A stretch of 64,000 nucleotides of DNA. Origin: Laetmonice hystrix (Eukaryota). A model generated the notes under the pieces. It had not been told where the DNA came from, made no database searches, and saw only the letters and a list, made by a program, of their open reading frames with translations. Numbering within the stretch: position 1 is the first letter of the stretch; each line of letters begins with the position of its first letter. Where the stretch lies: NCBI GenBank assembly GCA_965235115.1, contig OZ249436.1, positions 49,540,001 to 49,604,000 of the forward strand, given 5' to 3'. Positions 1 through 13,100 of the stretch are shown in pieces. The position numbers and the translations under genes were made by a program.

Positions 1-1028
1 GATGTCTTTACCAACTGGTATTGTTTGCACCATGCTTTATCAGGTAACCAACGGGTTTACATATCAACCCCATGTTGTAGCATGTACTATTCTCTGCTTC
101 CATGAACTTGTATACGACAGCATTATGCCACTTTAACGACTATCTGATACAAATGCTGCAGTTTGCATATAAATACATGAAATCTACTTCAATTTACATA
201 ATCGAAAAGGACATAAAACATTTGGTTGATACCGTTAGTGGTTCCAAACGAGGACTCGTCCATGTAGGGGGAAATGGATTTACCTGAATCACACTTACGT
301 AATAACATTACGGATTTCTAAATAAGATTGGAATGGCTGATTTTTGTTTTTCAGAAAATGTACAATGAAACATTGAGAGAAAATTCCGCCATTTTACTAC
401 TGCTCCATCTGCGCGAATGGATTGTGAAAGAAAACGTTGTTATAATTTGAAATATGTTTGATTGAATGTACAAAATATTCTAATATTCTAAATCATTAGA
501 ATGCCCCGATAGTCACGTCCATTCAAGGCACAAAAATTATTTCAATTCCAAATACGCAGAATGTAATAAATGTGCAAATCTCCATAAATACGCGATGTAG
601 ATTGCGTCCAATTGTGAATGGTTATAAAGATATGGGCTACAACAATCCTATAATCTGACACTCATAACTCAAACATTCAGCAATCTGCTAGCTTTTCATA
701 TGAAGTACTCAATCAGACAAATGACTAACAAAATGTTTCGAGCTTACAATTCAGTTATTAGTACTTATTTAGAATAGTAGACGCATCTAGCATTCTCCAT
801 ACATTAACAAGTAAGGCTAAGGCGAAGTTTAATCTTTCATATAGCGAAGTGACTTGAAGAATTTGAAGTATGTTAAAGTGAGCCAGGACTACACGTGACT
901 GATTACGATTACTTGGTGGACCGTTCGCTTTATAATAAGTCTTTTATCAAACCTGTATTTAACCTCCAAACAACTCGCTGCGAAACATACACTTAACCTT
1001 CACATTTTGAATCTGGTTTTACACATAC

Positions 1029-1116
1029 CTTTCTTGGTTTTCCCACTCGTAGCTGTATCCGTATTTTGGTCAACTTTTTTCACGTTGATCATCCTACCAA
1101 AAAAGTCTCGCACAGG
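1029..1116 (-). CDS. CHTF18: CHTF18 exon 24 ([29 protein letters not shown])
   Basis: Diagnostic RDFFGR motif; atttcag acceptor and G|gtatgt donor; phase 0 start matches exon 23. Confidence 0.85.
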
Positions 1117-4100
1117 CTGAAATGGTAGAGAGCCATCATTATTAGTTCGTGAAATCTTATATCTGATACAGACGGGAAATAATTAGTCACATGGAAATGA
1201 TGTGACTGGACATGAATAACTGGTGATTAATAATTTGATAATACATTGGGTAAAGATTTATATAGCTTACAAATATATCTGAAATAACACTCAATATTTT
1301 GTGTCCAAGTACAGCAGTAAACACAGTACATCACAAAACTGGTTTAGTTGGGTTAGTTTATCATCACCCCAGATGTGACAATATTGGGGACAATCTCCAC
1401 GTGTGTGGGTGTCCCTAACCCCCCCCCCCCCCCCCCCAGTGTGGACATTTTACATGACGTCACACGTCAGCCTCGCCCTACAATTGTACCGACTGGCATG
1501 CTAGTCAACCATACCGACTTGCATGCTAGTCAACCATACCGACTGGCATGCTAGTCAACCATACCGACTGGCATGCTAGTCAACCATACCGACTGGCATG
1601 CTAGTCAACCATACCGACTGGCATGCTAGTCAACCATACCGACTGGCATGCTAGTCAACCATACCGACTGGCATGCTAGTCAACCATACCGACTGGCATG
1701 CTAGTCAACCATAGCGACTGGCATGCTAGTCAACCATACCGACTGGCATGCTAGTCAACCATACAGACTGGCATGCTAGTCAACCATACCGACTGGCATG
1801 CTAGTCAACCATACCGACTGGCATGCTAGTCAACCATACCGACTGGCATGCTAGTCAACCATACCGACTGGCATGCTAGTCAACCATACCGACTGGCATG
1901 CTAGTCAACCATACCGACTGGCATGCTGGTCAACCATACCGACTGGCATGCTGGTCAACCTACCGACTGGCATGCTAGTCAACCATACCGAGTGGCATGC
2001 TAGTCAACCATACCGACTGGCATGCTAGTCAACCATACCGACTGGCATGATGGTCAACCCTACCGACTGGCATGCTAGTCAACCATACCGACTGGCATGC
2101 TAGTCAACCATACCGACTGGCATGCTAGTCAACCATACCGACTGGCATGCTAGTCAACCATACCGACTGGCATGATGGTCAACCCTACCGACTGGCATGC
2201 TAGTCAACCATACCGACTGGCATGCTAGTCAACCATACCGACTGGCATGCTAGTCAACCATACAGACTGGCATGCTGGTCAACCATACCGACTGGCATGC
2301 TAGTCAACCATACCGACTGGCATACTGGTCAACCATACCGACTGGCATGCTATAAGTCAACCATACCGACTGGCAGGCTAGTCAACCATACCGACTGGCA
2401 TACTAGTCAACCATACCGACCAGAAGTAGACTACACTAGAGCTCCATTCCGAGGGACAGTTATTAAGGGTATTATTAAGTTATTAAGGGTACATATAGGT
2501 GAAGCACAAACTACATCGCGCAATGACCTGTCACTGCAAGGGTTACCAGCACATACTAGATACTAGATATTCTAGAGGTCTAATTGGGATGGAGCCAAAT
2601 GTATGCTAGTGTAAGAGGGATCACCTCTCCCAACGTCCATCCATTCAATATCGTCCAGTAACCGATAAACACCCAGTACGAAGACGTGTACCCAATCAAT
2701 ATCGCCCAGTAACCGATAAACACCCAGTATGAAGACGTGTACCCAATCAATATCGTCCAGTAACCGATAAACACCCAGTATGAAGACGTGTACGCAATCA
2801 ATATCGTCCAGTAACCAATAAACACCCAGTATGAAGACGTGTACGTAATCAATAGCGCCCAGTAACCAAACACCCAGTATGAAGACGTGTACCCAATCAA
2901 TATCGCCCAGTAACCGATAAACACCCAGTATGAAGACGTGTACCCAATCAATAGCGCCCAGTAACCAAACACCCAGTATGAAGACGTGTACCCAATCAAT
3001 AGCGCACAGTAACCAAACACCCAGTATGAAGACGTGTACCCAATCAATATCGCCCAGTAACCAAACACCCAGTATGAAGACGTGTACCCAATCAATAGCG
3101 CCCAGTAACCAAACACCCAGTATGAAGACGTGTACCCAATCAATATCGCCCAGTAACCAAACACCCAGTATGAAGACGTGTACCCAATCAATAGCGCCCA
3201 GTAACAAAACACCCAGTATGAAGACGTGTCCTGACGTTAACACTAAGGTATGGTTGGCCGTTGGAGTCATACCGCCTAAGCTTTAACGCGTAAATATAAT
3301 AGTAACGCGTAAAGAATAAGTTTTTACGCGTAAACAGATCAACCAATCAGAACGATGGATTTTTCACGCGTAAACGGAACAACCAATCAAGTTGCTCCAT
3401 TGTTTACGCGTAAACACCCCTTAACGCGTTAACTCTCATAGTTGAGCAACCAATCAGAATTTCCCTTTCATACAGCATGATAGAATGTGATCACAGCAGA
3501 GCTTAAACATAATGGCGGCCGGTGCTTCGCTTCAGCAGTTTAAACGCCTCTAACTGCTGAAATAGACAAGTGAGGACGCCAAAAGATGATATGGGGAGCT
3601 AAAATATTGAACCAAATAATGTAATATATTTAGAATTGTGTAGTAAGGCCCCTCATTTCTTAACCAAGCAGTGTTAGCGTCGGAGGTGGGCAAAGTTTTG
3701 TGACGCCACAATTCGGAGGCTCGTAATCTGACAGTTCTAGAGTAAATCTTGAAGAGACAAAACAATAGATGTAATAGACTTTTGTAGATCCAAGATAACT
3801 GTAGAATTGAGCCTGGATAGATTCTAAAATTATCTACGGTGGTTTAGTATATTTCTACTTGACCATTTTTGTTGGGGCCTAGCCAAAGTCAATGGGGGAT
3901 TGGTGGGGTTGTCACCGGAAGTGCTAAATCTCGGACTTTCCCGTTTTGACATACAGTCCCTATAGGGGACCAAAAATTAAATATAACTATCCCTGAACCA
4001 AACCTTAACTCTAACCCGGGGGGGGGGGGTTCCTGTGAAAAGTTTGACGGCGTTTACGCATGCGTTACAGTCGTGGTGACTTTGTAAGAGAGGATTTCAT

Positions 4101-7100
4101 TGGTTTACAAAAATAACGCGTTATGTCTGGTGAATTGTTCACGCGTAAATAGAGTGTGGCTTTTCATTGGTTGATTTCTTTACGCGTAAACGTTTCCACT
4201 TATTTGATTGGTTGCTGTAGTCACGCGTGAAAGGTGATACTTTTACGCGTTATTATTTACGTTACGCGTTAATGTTTAGGCGGTATGACTCTATCGGCCA
4301 ACCATACTAAGGCGCCGTGTCACCTATACTTGCCCGTCAGTACAGACATTTCAACATTTTCAAACAAGATGATCTAGCTGTAACATATTTAGGAGTAAAT
4401 GTCTGATTTCTCATATAGATATTCGTCCTATTTTATGTTATTTCCACGTATTTAAGATTAAAGTATGATCTAAACATCACTATAACAATTACTAAGTAAC
4501 TGTAAAATGTCAAATGGCTCGGAACTTCTGTCAAGCACGCCACCATGGCCACCTTCTTGTCAGATAATGTTTCCTTCAACTTCTCACCTACTTCTTATTA
4601 ACTTCATCAAAGATGGCATGCACAATTATGAATGGCACAAGTTTCACAAGTTCCCATATTAATGCCGCACTTAATACATCTGTCGTTGTCGGTTCTTTGT
4701 ATGGTTTCGCATTAAAGCGCCCGCCACGCGGATGAAGCCCCTGTTCAGTTACATATGATGAATCATTTGGAGTTCAGGCCAAAAAAACAATATTCAACAT
4801 AGGAGGGGGAATTGGCCGCCTAAAGCCTGACATTGTCATCGAATGGTTAATCTAGTCGAGACGCCCATCGCGCGCGCCCTGCGTCCCTCTCATCACACCC
4901 TTTGATGTGTAAAATGATGGCCGTGATTACAGGGCGAAGGCGTCCCCATCAACAGGTTACGGATTTCATTAATGCGAATTAGCAAATTACCGCCGAAACT
5001 GACACCTTTGACTGTCACCTGTCCCCACCTTGGCCGGCTGGGTGCCCAGCACTGAGGACGGGCAGACACGGCACAGAGAGGGCCTGTTTGATGAGGTCCT
5101 ATAACCGGTTCGTGTAATCGAGGAAATATTAAACCCTCATCTCGATCTGGCCTTCCTGATGTGGTGAAACCGCAGCAGTCAGGGAGATGCGGGAGTTCTC
5201 CGACGTGCGCCAAGCAAGCTGGGGTCATAGTGGGTTGGCGGAATTTGCTGAATGTCTTGAAGTTGATAAATTCGGGAACCTCTTGCTGTCTGTCTCGGAG
5301 TAGTTCCAATTGTCTGACATAGAACCTTATCATGGCTGGCATCTAAGACAATCAAAGTCCCACAGACACTTCATCGTTCCATTAACCAATGCCTGGTACA
5401 CAGAGGCTTTACAATTACTTTTTTTCTGGAAAGCAAATACCCCCCCCCCCCGGGAAAAAACCGATGCCACTGGGCGTACAAATTTTTCAATGAGTCTGTG
5501 CTATAGGCCTACGATGGGTGAGCTAGTTTTAGCGATTATATGCTTTACGTAGATAGACGTCGAACCGGTGGGGGACAGAAGGCTAGGGGTGAAGGTGTGT
5601 TATAGACGGGAGGGTACGACACCACCAGGTCACCCCACAACCCCCCCCCCCCCCTCCGATCTGATCCCCCCGTAAAACATACACACACCCACCTCACATC
5701 ATTTCTAATCTACATCATTACAATCTCATCCCGACCACTCACTGCCGCCATCTTTCACGATGAATTTTTCAAACACAGCGTCAAAGACGCGGTCGGTGAC
5801 TATCGTCGCCAAACCGAGTTGTGCCATCTCCGCGGGTCATGATGCGATTTTTCATACTTAGGCGGCCAATTTGGCCAATCTTCAGCGTGAAGCACATGTG
5901 CGGAGCTGCAGGTAGGAGGTGCCCGTGGGGCCGGAGCCTGCCGTGGCTGTAGTGATTTATTGTAATGATAGTGTTATGATTTAATTGGCGGTTCGCTCCG
6001 TTTGGTTATCAGCTGGTCAGCCGTGCCTGGCCGCAGGTGTGGCGGTGATCTACGCTCACTCCGGCTTCCCGCCGCCAGGGGGCGTCCTCGCCAGGGGGCG
6101 CTATCGACGATCCTACCGAGCCGGAAGTGCCGTCAGAGCAGGACCGCAGGAGGAACGCTTGGCGGTGGAGGACACGGCGGAGGACACCGAGAGCGTTTTC
6201 TAATACTCGTACTGCCACCGTTACGAACAATGATAAAAGTAAACAGAACTAAAACATCAAGGGGGTTGGTGTACCTCTTGAATTTTGCAATCTGTTTTCT
6301 CATAATATGAACGATGTTGGATGGTGTATTTTGTACAATTTTCCGCCATAAAATTCTTTTCCGAGAGGAGCCATGTGTTATATTCACATCGAATAAAACC
6401 AACAAGATCTTTTAGCGATCAAAGATGAAGTATGTGTCTGACGAGCCGGATTGTGGACGGTGAAGAGATGGTAGAATGGTGTATAACATTGGTATCCCTG
6501 TAGATCCCAGACCATGCAGCTAGAACCCCTGGCATCCAGTCCACTTCAATCTCATGTCCACAAACCCACTGTCTCCTAGAAGGCGGCAGTATGTCTGCTC
6601 TAAGCCTGGTTTTTAATAAAAGTTCCCTGACATGCAGGGCCCCGCGTCACGGGTAGAATACAGTGACGGCATACCGTCAGGACCGGCCGCAGTCCACACG
6701 TGGCCGGGTTCTCTCTCGAGGATTACGGGAAACACCGGCAAACATCCACATTAATCTACCCATTACCAAACAATATGTAAGCCAATGTGCTTATTACCAC
6801 ACGCTGGTCGGATTAGACAATTCTCAAGGGGGGGCTAGCCCCCTCAAGCCCGACCCAGTGAAGGGAACAACTAGGGGGGGGGGGGCAAACCGAGCCTTGC
6901 TATACCCGCCTTCACACCGCCAAACCCCGAGAGTGTCTCATAGCTCTGGTCATCTTAAAAGCTTTTACATGTTGCGTCGCCTGGTAATCTGATCAGGTCG
7001 TGTGTGGCGTTCTGAGTCTCTCACCGGCCTCACATCCTGCAGTGAAAACTCGCTCACCATGAGGACGCCCCAAACCGTGCCAACCATCAGGTCCTGTGTG

Positions 7101-10100
7101 GCGTTCCGAGTCTCTCACCGGCCTCCCATCCTGCAGTGACAACTCGCTCACCATGAGGACGTCCCAAACCGTGCCAACCACCGGCCTCACATCCTGCAGT
7201 GACAACTCGCTCACCATGAGGACGTCCCAAACCGTGCCAACCACCGGCCTCACATCCTGCAGTGACAACTCGCTCACCATGAGGACGTCCCAAACCGTGC
7301 CAACCACCGGCCTCACATCCTGCAGTGACAACTCGCTCACCATGAGGACGTCCCAAACCGTGCCAACCACCGGCCTCACATCCAGAGTGAAAACTCGCTC
7401 ACCATGAGGACGTCCCAAACCGTGCCAACCATCAGGTCCAGTGTGGTGTTCCGAGTCTCTCACCGGCCTCACATCCTGCAGTGACAACTCGCTCACCATG
7501 AGGACGTCCCAAACCGTGCCAACCATCAGGTCATGTGTGGCGTTCCGAGTCTCTCATCGGCCTCCCATCCTGCAGTGACAACTCGCTCACCATGAGGACG
7601 TCCCAAACCGTGCCAACCATCAGGTCATGTGTGGCGTTCCGAGTCTCTCATCGGCCTCACATCCTGCAGTGAAAACTCGCTCACCATGAGGACGTCCCAA
7701 ACCGTTCCAACCACCGACCTCCCATCCTGCAGTGACAACTCGCTCACCATGAGGACGTCCCAAACCGTGCCAACCATCAGGTCATGTGTGGCGTTCCGAG
7801 TCTCTCATCGGCCTCCCATCCTGCAGTGACAACTCGCTCACCATGAGGACGTCTTAAACCGTGCCAACCACCGGCCTCACATCCTGCAGTGACAACTCGC
7901 TCACCATGAGGACGTCCCAAACCGTGCCAACCACCGGCCTCACATCCTGCAGTGACAACTCGCTCACCATGAGGACGTCCCAAACCGTGCCAACCACCGG
8001 CCTCACATCCAGAGTGAAAACTCGCTCACCATGAGGACGTCCCAAACAGTGCCAACCATCAGGTCCAGTGTGGTGTTCCGAGTCTCTCACCGGCCTCACA
8101 TCCTGCAGTGACAACTCGCTCACCATGAGGACGTCCCAAACCGTGCCAACCATCAGGTCCTGTGTGGCGTTCCGAGTCTCTCACCGGCCTCACATCCTGC
8201 AGTGACAACTCGCTCACCATGAGGACGTCCCAAACCGTGCCAACCACCGGCCTCACATCCTGCAGTGACAACTCGCTCACCATGAGGACGTCCCAAACCG
8301 TGCCAACCACCGGCCTCACATCCTGCCGTGACAACTCGCTCACCATGAGGACGTCCCAAACCGTGCCAACCATCAGGTCCTGTGTGGCGTTCCGGGTCTC
8401 TCACCGACCTCACATCCTGCAGTGACAACTCGCTCACCATGAGGACGTCCCAAACCGTGCCAACCACCGGTAATGACCTTCCCGCTAGGTGTCGCCAAGT
8501 CCTCCCCGACGTCAGAACGTCCCACCTAAACTTGTTAATTGCTCCGTTTAGAGCTCCCACAAATCAATAGATGGACCTATGTTAAATTCATGGTAATGTT
8601 ATAATGGATCCCTGGACACGTTCATGTTTAATGACTGGCGATGGGCATGAATTATAACAATGTACTTATTCACATGGTGTGTGTCAAACATGTCTTAACG
8701 TCATCGTTACTATCCTCCACAATAATATTAACCTGGGTGAGGATGGCGTGGTTCCAGGACTTGGTGAAAGGGTAACGTTTGGGATTTAAATAATTGGTCT
8801 CAACAGGGGGTGGGGGTGGGGGGGGGGGGGGTTCTTAGACCTCCGGATCTCCCGTGGATCCACCTCATGTGATATTATAGTAGAAACTACGCCAAACTGC
8901 CCTCTTTTCTGACCTTGTAAAACCGATATTAGCAACAGGCTTGTTCAACTGTTTGAGTATATAATTTGCAGCGTTGTCGGCCATTCGCTATGGCTGGGCC
9001 TTTACTCTGCTTTAGAATGACCATCAGCTATTTGCAGTAAGGCATATTGTTTAAACATGATTATTTTGCTCATGAAATGCACCATGGGAAGGACCTTTGT
9101 TCATGGTTTGATCGCACGTCAGATTTGGCCTCTCTCTGGACACGACTTTCCCATTTTTCAAACTCTTAAAACTTATTTGTTAAATTTAAAACACATTCAA
9201 ATGCCTTTACAGACTTACAAAATTAACAATAAGATCTCAAAAGTTCACACACGGGTTTTAATAAAGACAACCCAAGTCCATGACGCTATACGTGGAGACC
9301 TGCAACTGAACCCACCCTTTCCCTGACAGAACTCCCGGCCGAGGAACAATACTCAGTGACAGAGAGAGACCAGCGTCCTTTTACTTACTCAATCCCTCAT
9401 AATGGGGCGGGCCTCACCGTGTTAGCATATGCGAGCACACTCCAAACCAACTCCTGATTAGATTCACTTCCATGTATTGATCACGTTACATCGTCCCTCC
9501 CCGTTTTGACCTCCGACCCCCGACCCCTTGACCCCTTCTGACAGCGGTCAGTTCTCGTGAACACGTGACCTTCGCCCCGTTCGTTTCCGCTGGGACCTGA
9601 CCACCACAAACTCTGTCAACCGTTCTCAACCAATCAGAACCAAGACCAAGTTGCCATGTCTGTATTTCCATGGAAACCATAATAAGTCCCCATTATCTGA
9701 CTTAGCCAAATTAAACAGGCGCGCTCATGAAAGCAATCTACCCCATCCGACTCCACTGATTCCCCTGTCTGTATCTAATAGACCTCCACCGAAAATATGA
9801 CATATTTTCTCATTGCAGCAGATTAGTCGGTGAGCGCATTTACCGCGGCCAGAGCGGCCGGCTGATTACCCCCAGCCAGGGATTACTGTCAAGGTTGTGG
9901 GAACCCCCGCCTCTACTCGCTCTCCGCATCTAACAAAAAAAGTTAGAAAATGATAAAACTAGCGGAAGTCATAGCTGATTGGCAGCGATAAATCTGGCCA
10001 ATCCTTAATTAAGGCCCGTGCTGATTCAGTTACGCTCGTGGGATGAAATCTGATGAAGCACGACTTCTTGTTGAGTGTGGAGCATTCAGAGAAAGTAGTC

Positions 10101-13100
10101 GGTGGCTGACTGTCGTGAAAGCCGCCAATCGAGAGTTAACCCGGCCGGGGCTGTATGGCTTGTCGGCACCAGGTGGCGCTGCTTTCATCTTCGGCCAGAG
10201 CAAGCCCGTGAAATGCTAAGCATCCCCGAGCCTCTTAAACCGGCACTGGGTAATGGTAATTAAATTCATTAATGGTTGCTGCTTAGGCGAGTGGGTCTGC
10301 TCTACGGTTTCTGGTGGCTGGAGGGACTCCGGGGATTGGTCATCAGGCTCCGAGCCGGGTAATACGGCGTGTCATGTGACCTCACAACATCTATACGACA
10401 TGTACATTGGTGGCGGCGACAAGACACGGTCTCTGGTTTAAATACTGCCAGCCTGGCTGATCTTAAGTTTAAGATCAAACAGTATGTCTTATCTCATCTA
10501 CAAATACAGGTCTTTCCTTTCTGATAACACCGCAGTGGTATTTAAGATACATGCATCAAACTACAATTAAACGTGTCTGCACAGACATGTAGACATGTGT
10601 CTGAGAGCTGAGGTCAGATACTAACATCAGCAAGATGATGGAGACAGACATGTCCGAAGACATGTGTCTGAGAGCTGATGTCAGATACTAACATCAGCCA
10701 GACGATGGAGACAGACATGTCCGAAGACATGTGTCTGAGAGCTGACGTCAGATACTAACATCAGCAAGATGATGGAGGCAGACAAGTCCGAAGACATGTG
10801 TCTGAGAGCTGACGTCAGATACTAACATCAGCAAGATGATGGAGTGAGACAAGTCCGAAGACATGTGTCTGAGAGCTGATGTCATTTACTAACATCAGCC
10901 AGACAAGTCCGAAGACATGTGTCTGAGAGCTGATGTCAGATACTAACATCAGCAAGATGATGGAGACAGACAAGTCCGAAGACATGTGTCTGAGAGCTGA
11001 TGTCAGATACTAACATCAGCCAGACGATGGAGACAGCCATGTCCGAAGACATGTGTCTGAGAGCTGACGTCAGATACTAACATCAGCAAGATGATGGAGT
11101 GAGACAAGTCCGGAGACATGTGTCTGAGAGCTGACGTCAGATACTAAAATCAGCAAGATGATGGAGACAGACAAGTCCGAAGACATGTGTCTGAGAGCTG
11201 ATGTCAGATACTAACATCAGCAAGATGATGGAGATAGACAAGTCCCAGGACATGTGTCTGAGAGCTGACGTCAGATACTAACATCAGCAAGATGATGGAG
11301 TGAGACAAGTCCGAAGACATGTGTCTGAGAGCTGACGTCAGATACTAAAATCAGCAAGATGATGGAGACAGACAAGTCCGAAGACATGTGTCTGAGAGCT
11401 GATGTCAGATACTAACATCAGCCAGATGATGGAGACAGACAAGTCCCAGGACATTGTGTCTGAGAGCTGACGTCAGATACTAACATCAGCCAGATGATGG
11501 AGACAGACAAGTCCCAGGACATGTGTCTGAGAGCTGACGTCAGATACTAACAGATCAGTAAGATGATGGAGACAGACAAGTCCCAGGACATTGTGTCTGA
11601 GAGCTGATGTCAGATACTAACATCAGCAAGATGATGGAGACAGACAAGTCCGAAGACATGTGTCTGAGAGCTGAGGTCAGATACTAACATCAGCAAGATG
11701 ATGGAGACAGACATGTGTGAAGATTTGTCTGAGAGCTGATGTCAGATACTAAGATCGGTAAGATGGGAGACGTAGAGAATAGAGACATGTCATCATCTTG
11801 GTTAAATCCTTATTAAATACCTCAACAGGACACCCATCTCCACATGAATGATGGATTCCAATTGAAAATTGATGAAGCGGTTCGGTTGGCAGACAGTGTG
11901 AACGATAACTGCATGTAAAGAAAAAGGGCAATATCTTGGGGGTAAGATCTGTACTCTTACAACATCACGAGGTTTCAGCCAGTCGTACATTGACGCCAAA
12001 CGCCCGGTTTGGTTGGCTGAGTTTGGTTGGCTGAGTTTGGTTGGCTGAGTTTGCCGATGGTTTTAGAGTTCGGATATTTCTCCACGGTTCCCACCTCACT
12101 TCCAACCCGATGTTATGCATTTTGAAATTTCCATTGATTTGTATTGATCTCAAGGACAATACAAGGCAGTCCGGTGGATCTCACTTTAGGACGTCATTAG
12201 GATTGAAGCCTGTTTGATGGGAGGGGGGGGGGGGGGGTTCTAGGCAAATTTTAAAGGAGAGGAGTTTACTTGGAGGTTAACTCCCATGCGGTACTGGGGT
12301 TTACGTAGTACGTTTTTCATGTCTAGTGGAGTCGAGTGCCCGTGTCACACAGAGAATTCTCTCCAAGTACTTTCTTCTATCCGGAGAAAACAAAGTATCA
12401 CTTTAAACGCATATTGTAGTGTTCATGGTGTGACAACTCATGGCGGTACTCAGAGGAAACTGCTTGAGGAGCAAAATTTCCAATTGACATTTCTGGTATA
12501 CTATTTCATGAAATATTTCAGTTAACTTTAAGTACAACTGCTGGCCCAAGAAAGAACTTTTAAAAATTCATGGTTTGCAGAGTGACAATACTTTTTAGAA
12601 CTAAAGTCAGGAAGAAACTACTTACAGACTTCCGAGTTTTCTGTTAGCAATACCTTTCCTCAATTCCAGTTCACTATAACTTTAGTTAGGTTTACTTTAA
12701 AAGCAGGGATGCTGTTAGCATCCTGGATTATCCTACGACTGCTAAAGTAGAGCTCTAGCCCCAGTTTTTCAAATGTCTTGCAGTTTCTTTCACAACTTGG
12801 AATCTCGATGTACATTTTTAGTTTATACTGTTTTAATTCTTCGAGTTTGAAATTAAAGAGTATCTCCACAGGTCAGGCCTAAATCAAATATCTATGCCGG
12901 GGGTATAGACAGTGACCCCCCTGGTCGGGGTGTACAACTTCTACTCCTTGACCACGGTAGTGTGTGTGGGTGTAGGGGGGGGGGGGTACTCGGCATTCGG
13001 TCCACAGTTACCCGACGTGTGGCGATTGTAAAACGCGGTCCAACTCCGCCTCACGGATAAATAAAACATACAATGTGGCCGGCAAAATTGTGCAAGCATG

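Noticed and set aside
2222..3286. Repetitive 114-232 aa ORFs
   Set aside because: Translations of 25-bp and 48-bp minisatellites.
4893..5342. 149-aa minus-strand ORF in the giant intron
   Set aside because: No recognisable domain or splice support; not needed for the CHTF18 frame.
6493..6515. miR-10-like ccctgtagatcc
   Set aside because: Seed start and 3' half do not match; no hairpin.
6992..8470. CRISPR-like repeat/spacer appearance
   Set aside because: The intervening 31-bp segments are identical copies rather than unique spacers; no cas genes; eukaryotic intron context.
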